NCBI GenBank assembly: GCA_016182055.1 | Contig: JACOYD010000003.1 | Span: 1-32,768, forward strand | DNA from: Candidatus Microgenomates bacterium | GTDB taxonomy: Bacteria > Patescibacteriota > Microgenomatia > Levybacterales > JACOYD01 | Direction of reading: 5' to 3' | DNA: 32,768 nt | In this document: piece after piece, positions 29,098 to 32,768 of the stretch | Position numbering within the stretch: position 1 is the first letter of the stretch | How the letters are laid out: each line of letters opens with the position of its first letter | The notes under the pieces: generated by a model | The model's database searches: none | What the model was told of the DNA's origin: nothing | Seen by the model: the letters and a program-made list of their open reading frames with translations, nothing else | Translations under genes and position numbers: made by a program

Positions 29098-31032
29098 ATG
29101 AGTAAAATTATTGGAATTGATTTAGGAACTACAAATTCGGCAATGGCGGTGATGGAGGGCGGCAGTCCCAAAGTCATCCATTCGGCCGAGGGAAGAAATG
29201 TTGTTCCTTCGGTGGTTGACCCCATCTCTCATGTGGTGGGTGATGTAGCTAAGCATCAGTTAGTGCTTAAACCTAAAACTACCATTTATTCCATCAAAAG
29301 ATTAATGGGAAGAAAATACAGTGACCCTTCGGTACAAAAAGACGTTAAGCTTCTTCCCTACACTATAAAATCCGGCCGTGACGGTATGGCGGTGGTGGAG
29401 GTGGACGGCAGAACCTTTACTCCGCAGGAAATCTCGGCTCAAATTTTACAAAAGATAAAAGCCGACGCAGAAGCATATCTTGGCGGAAAGGTTACCCAAG
29501 CGGTTATCACCGTCCCCGCTTACTTTGACGACAGCCAAAGGCAGGCCACCAAACAGGCCGGAGAAATTGCCGGTCTTGAGGTTTTGCGAATTATTAATGA
29601 GCCCACAGCTGCGGCCTTGGCTTACGGACTAGACAAGAAAAATGCCCACACCATTGCCGTTTATGATTTGGGCGGAGGAACTTTTGATATTTCCATTTTG
29701 GAGCTAGGCGAGGGCGTTTATGAGGTTAAGTCCACCAGCGGCGATACGCATCTGGGTGGCGATGATTTTGACCAGACCATTATTGAATATTTGGCAGATG
29801 AATTTAAGAAGGAACATAATGTTGATTTGCGAAAAGATCCCCAAGCTCTACAAAGGCTGAAAGAGGCGGCGGAGAAAGCCAAAATTGAACTGTCCAGCTC
29901 GCAGGAGGCGGAAATCAACCAGCCGTTTATTACTCAAGGAAAAGAGGGACCGTTGCATCTGACCATGAAGTTAACGCGGGCCAAGCTGGAAAGTTTGGTT
30001 GATGATCTTATCCAAAAAACCATCAAACCGGTAGAAGCCGCTCTTAAAGACGCCAAGGCGAAAGTCGCAGATATTGATGAAGTGGTTTTAGTTGGCGGTA
30101 TGACCCGCATGCCCAAAATTGTCGAGGTGGTGACCAAATTTTTTGGCAAAGAGGCTCACAAAGGGGTTAATCCTGATGAGGTGGTGGCGGTGGGGGCGGC
30201 CATTCAGGGAGGAGTTCTGGGAGGAGAAGTTAAAGATGTATTACTTTTGGATGTAACTCCGCTTACTTTGGGAATTGAAACATTAGGCAGTGTGGCCACG
30301 CCGCTTATTTCACGAAATACCACTGTTCCTACTGCCAAATCTCAAGTTTTCTCCACAGCCGCCGATAATCAAACACAGGTAGAGATAAATGTTTTGCAGG
30401 GCGAGCGGCCGATGGCTTCGGATAATAAGTCGCTGGGACGCTTTATTCTTGATGGTATTCCTCCGGCCCCCCGCGGCATTCCGCAGGTTGAGGTGACTTT
30501 TGATATTGATGCCAGCGGCATTTTAAGCGTTAAAGCCAAAGATAAGGCCACAGGCAAAGAGCAGAGCATTAAGATTACCGGCTCAACCGGACTCTCCAAA
30601 GAAGAAGTGGAAAAGATGACCAAAGAGGCGGAGGTTCACGCCCAGGAAGATTTGGATAAAAAAGAAAAAGTGGAGGCCAGAAATACCGCCGATTCCCTTA
30701 TCTTTACCGCCGAAAAGACAACCGCCGAAAAGACACTTAAAGATGCCGGCGATAAGGTGAAAGAAGAAGACAAAAAAGAAGTGGAAGAAAAAGTGTCGGC
30801 GCTCAAGAGCATTTTGGACAGCGGCAGTAAAGAAGATTTGGAGACCAAAACCAAAGAGCTTTCGGATAGTTTGCAAAAAGTGGGTCAGGCGATGTATGCG
30901 TCCCAGAAGACGGAAGGCGGAGGTCAGAAGACAGAGGAAACAACAGAAGGAGATAGCGAAGAGAAGAAATCCGACTCCGCCAAGGCTACGTCGGACAAGG
31001 ACAAGCCAGTGGAGGGAGAAGTGGTAAATTAA
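29098..31032 (+). CDS. dnaK: Molecular chaperone DnaK (Hsp70).
   Basis: [28 protein letters not shown], and full-length Hsp70 collinearity. Confidence 0.97.
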   Translation: MSKIIGIDLGTTNSAMAVMEGGSPKVIHSAEGRNVVPSVVDPISHVVGDVAKHQLVLKPKTTIYSIKRLMGRKYSDPSVQKDVKLLPYTIKSGRDGMAVVEVDGRTFTPQEISAQILQKIKADAEAYLGGKVTQAVITVPAYFDDSQRQATKQAGEIAGLEVLRIINEPTAAALAYGLDKKNAHTIAVYDLGGGTFDISILELGEGVYEVKSTSGDTHLGGDDFDQTIIEYLADEFKKEHNVDLRKDPQALQRLKEAAEKAKIELSSSQEAEINQPFITQGKEGPLHLTMKLTRAKLESLVDDLIQKTIKPVEAALKDAKAKVADIDEVVLVGGMTRMPKIVEVVTKFFGKEAHKGVNPDEVVAVGAAIQGGVLGGEVKDVLLLDVTPLTLGIETLGSVATPLISRNTTVPTAKSQVFSTAADNQTQVEINVLQGERPMASDNKSLGRFILDGIPPAPRGIPQVEVTFDIDASGILSVKAKDKATGKEQSIKITGSTGLSKEEVEKMTKEAEVHAQEDLDKKEKVEARNTADSLIFTAEKTTAEKTLKDAGDKVKEEDKKEVEEKVSALKSILDSGSKEDLETKTKELSDSLQKVGQAMYASQKTEGGGQKTEETTEGDSEEKKSDSAKATSDKDKPVEGEVVN

Positions 31033-31038
31033 AAATTA

Positions 31039-31068
31039 CCAGCCAAAGGCTGGTCCGCCTCTGGCGGA
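31039..31068 (+). repeat. Two adjacent 6-bp/3-nt-loop GC hairpins (CCAGCC-AAA-GGCTGG, TCCGCC-TCT-GGCGGA).
   Basis: Read directly, 7 nt after the dnaK stop. Confidence 0.7.
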
Positions 31069-31088
31069 AAAATGAAAAAGTAAAAATT

Positions 31089-31113
31089 GCCACGCTTAGC
31101 GTGGTTATTTGTT
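31089..31113 (+). terminator. Candidate intrinsic terminator of the dnaK operon (CCACGC-TTA-GCGTGG followed by TTATTTGTT).
   Basis: A short GC stem followed by a T-rich tract. The stem is only 6 bp, so the call is weak. Confidence 0.35.
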
Positions 31114-31118
31114 ATAAT
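31110..31118 (+). promoter_or_regulatory. Extended -10 TGtTATAAT.
   Basis: Consensus extended -10 located 167 nt upstream of the glmS ATG. No good -35. Confidence 0.4.
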
Positions 31119-31268
31119 CGTCCAGCTGAAAACCTCGGGCTAAAAGCCCGAGGATGAAAGCTAACGATTAAAACGCGAGTTTATCTATGCAAATAAGAAG
31201 ACTTCAAGTTTTCAGCGGACTCATTAAACTTAACGGAGGAAACCGCGGACTTTTAGTCCGCGGAAGTT
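31119..31268 (+). ncRNA. Candidate structured leader or small RNA upstream of glmS (unclassified).
   Basis: A 13-bp long-range helix (31120-31133 with 31208-31220, one bulge) encloses the hairpin CCTCGGGC-TAAAA-GCCCGAGG (31133-31153). A second hairpin CCGCGGAC-TTTTA-GTCCGCGG lies at 31243-31263. Strand and boundaries are uncertain. Confidence 0.3.
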
Positions 31269-31284
31269 TATAATAGGTAGAATT

Positions 31285-32768
31285 ATGTGCGGGATTTTTG
31301 GGTATGTAGGAAAAAAAAACACTGCGGCGGAAATTGTACTTGAAGGTTTAAAACTGCTGGAATATCGCGGATATGATTCATGGGGAGTAACTGTCAAAAG
31401 CGGTAAGAAACTTGTTGTTGATAAACATGTCGGGAAAATAGGCGATGCAAAAGTTAAATTACCAAAAAGCACCATTGGTATTGGTCATACAAGATGGGCG
31501 ACACATGGCGGCGTGACAGTGGCTAATGCCCATCCACACCTTGACTGCACAAAAACAGTGGCGGTTATCCACAATGGTATCATTGAAAACTTCGAAGAGC
31601 TGAAAACTGATTTAATAAAAAAGGGACATAAGTTTTTGTCGGAAACAGATACCGAAGTGGTTCCACACTTGATTGAACAGTATTTGAAAAAAGCTGGGTT
31701 TGCCTCGGCAGTTCGAGACGCTTTCAATCAATTAAAAGGACTCAATGCTATTGTGGTGGCTTATGCCCCATCGCAAGAAATTGTGGCCGCCAAAACCGGC
31801 TCCCCGTTGGTAGTGGGTATTGGAAAAAACGAATTTTTCGTTGCCTCCGATGCGGCAGGAATATTAAAACATACAAGAAATATGCTTTTTTTAGGCGATA
31901 ACGAAATGGTAATTCTTGGTCCGTCAGCTGACGGATTACAACTGCTTTCTTTGCCTTCTGGGAAAAAGAAAAAACCAGTGTTTGAAACGATAGATTGGAA
32001 AATAGAAGATGTCGATAAAGGAAAATTTGACTATTTCATGCTCAAAGAGATATACGAGCAGCCAAAAGTTATTCGTAATATTGCACAGACGTATACAGAT
32101 CAGATTACATCGTTGGCAAAAGCAATTGAACAGGCAAACGGAACATTTTTTATCGGGGCCGGAACAGCATTCCATGCTTGTCTTGCTGGAACGTATCTTT
32201 TTTCGACAATTGCACATACACATGTTAATACCGCTGTTGCTTCGGAATTTAATTACCTGGAGGATTTTTTAACAAACAAAAGTCTTATCATTGCGTTATC
32301 TCAATCGGGAGAAACGATTGATGTCATTGAACCGCTCCATAGAGCTAAACAGAAAGGGAGCAAGGTCGTTGCAGTAACAAATGTATTGGGTTCAAGCATT
32401 TATCGCCTGTCCGATCATAAGTTGCTTTTAGGAGCAGGCCCGGAAAAGGCAGTTGCCTCAACCAAGGCATATATTGCCAAGCTTTCGGTTATGATACTAC
32501 TTGCGTATTCTTTGGCAAACAAATTTGATCACGGTAAAAAACTCTTACTTGCCGCTGCCGATGAGGTTGGGCGACTTTTGCAGGAAGCAAATCTTAAAGG
32601 CATAAAAAAGCTTGCTTTACAATTACGCAGCGTTGAACATATATATACGATTGGTCGAGGACTTTCTTTTGCAACAGCCCTTGAGAGTTCGTTGAAGATT
32701 AAAGAAGTAAGTTACATCCATACAGAAGGACTCGCTGGAGGGGAATTGAAGCATGGAACAATAGCGCT
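31285..32768 (+). CDS. glmS: Glutamine--fructose-6-phosphate aminotransferase (3' end runs off the window).
   Basis: MCGIFGYVGKK (N-terminal Cys nucleophile), GIGHTRWATHG, two SIS domains (SQSGETIDV), and continuation to the window end in frame. Confidence 0.95.
   Translation, partial: MCGIFGYVGKKNTAAEIVLEGLKLLEYRGYDSWGVTVKSGKKLVVDKHVGKIGDAKVKLPKSTIGIGHTRWATHGGVTVANAHPHLDCTKTVAVIHNGIIENFEELKTDLIKKGHKFLSETDTEVVPHLIEQYLKKAGFASAVRDAFNQLKGLNAIVVAYAPSQEIVAAKTGSPLVVGIGKNEFFVASDAAGILKHTRNMLFLGDNEMVILGPSADGLQLLSLPSGKKKKPVFETIDWKIEDVDKGKFDYFMLKEIYEQPKVIRNIAQTYTDQITSLAKAIEQANGTFFIGAGTAFHACLAGTYLFSTIAHTHVNTAVASEFNYLEDFLTNKSLIIALSQSGETIDVIEPLHRAKQKGSKVVAVTNVLGSSIYRLSDHKLLLGAGPEKAVASTKAYIAKLSVMILLAYSLANKFDHGKKLLLAAADEVGRLLQEANLKGIKKLALQLRSVEHIYTIGRGLSFATALESSLKIKEVSYIHTEGLAGGELKHGTIA

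Noticed and set aside
31231-31263. RNase P RNA P4-like string (GGAGGAAACCGCGG, resembling GAGGAAAGUCCGG).
   Set aside because: Only about 250 nt of non-coding DNA is available, and none of the other conserved RNase P RNA regions are present. The resemblance is probably coincidental.
31119-31284. Calling this spacer a bona fide glmS ribozyme.
   Set aside because: Position and size fit, and one segment (TTTTCAGCGGAC) resembles part of the core. The hallmark AGCGCC cleavage-site motif and the GACGAGG core are not present, so I keep it as an unclassified structured-RNA candidate only.
31230-32223. Minus-strand ORFs 31230-31475, 31485-31727 and 31936-32223, and plus-strand ORF 32009-32272.
   Set aside because: All lie within or antisense to the clearly conserved glmS reading frame, which is missing from the track only because it runs off the window.
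1-32768. Alternative genetic code (UGA reassigned, as in some CPR lineages).
   Set aside because: Conserved genes are intact under the standard code. Several end at TGA in sensible positions (rnpA, the PIN gene at 25007-25009, and hrcA), and no conserved gene is interrupted by in-frame TGA.
1-32768. tRNA, rRNA, tmRNA and transposase/integrase genes.
   Set aside because: I scanned the intergenic regions for T-loop (GGTTCGAAT-like) and acceptor-stem patterns, and scanned the ORFs for transposase or integrase motifs. I recognised none, though a covariance-model scan would be needed for certainty.

Overview
This is an origin-proximal chromosomal window from a small-genome bacterium. Gene content and style suggest an uncultivated Patescibacteria/CPR-type organism, but that is inference: a short ValRS, a DUF4012 fusion, protease-less AAA+ proteins and many tiny intergenic regions. 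The standard code with TGA as stop fits all conserved genes. The backbone runs dnaN<-dnaA<- | ->rpmH-rnpA-yidD-yidC-jag, an O-antigen-ligase-like membrane protein, RNase HI, an SDR-DUF4012 fusion, L25/Ctc, a TPR protein and valS, and an HTH-PIN pair. It continues with class II aldolase, a Lon-like AAA+ module without protease, RNase J, ftsK (disrupted), a rodZ-like gene, a CIRCE-controlled hrcA-grpE-dnaK operon, and a structured spacer before glmS (runs off the window end). Between RNase J and ftsK lies an accessory-looking block that appears AT-richer by eye. It holds a DUF433/DUF5615 pair, a membrane-anchored FtsH-like AAA+ ATPase lacking a protease domain, and, divergently, a 50-codon micro-ORF plus a 1581-aa orphan protein with three ~67-aa tandem repeats, followed by an RHH-PIN pair. 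That block is the best candidate for an undescribed system. Other points: (1) extended -10 promoters sit 5-10 nt upstream of start codons, implying leaderless or near-leaderless mRNAs. (2) Heptanucleotide tandem repeats occur inside the O-antigen-ligase-like gene and valS. (3) ftsK has an out-of-frame internal deletion. (4) An 8-mer inverted repeat array lies between ftsK and rodZ. (5) A hairpin-rich possible leader RNA lies upstream of glmS. No tRNA, rRNA, CRISPR array or transposase was recognised.
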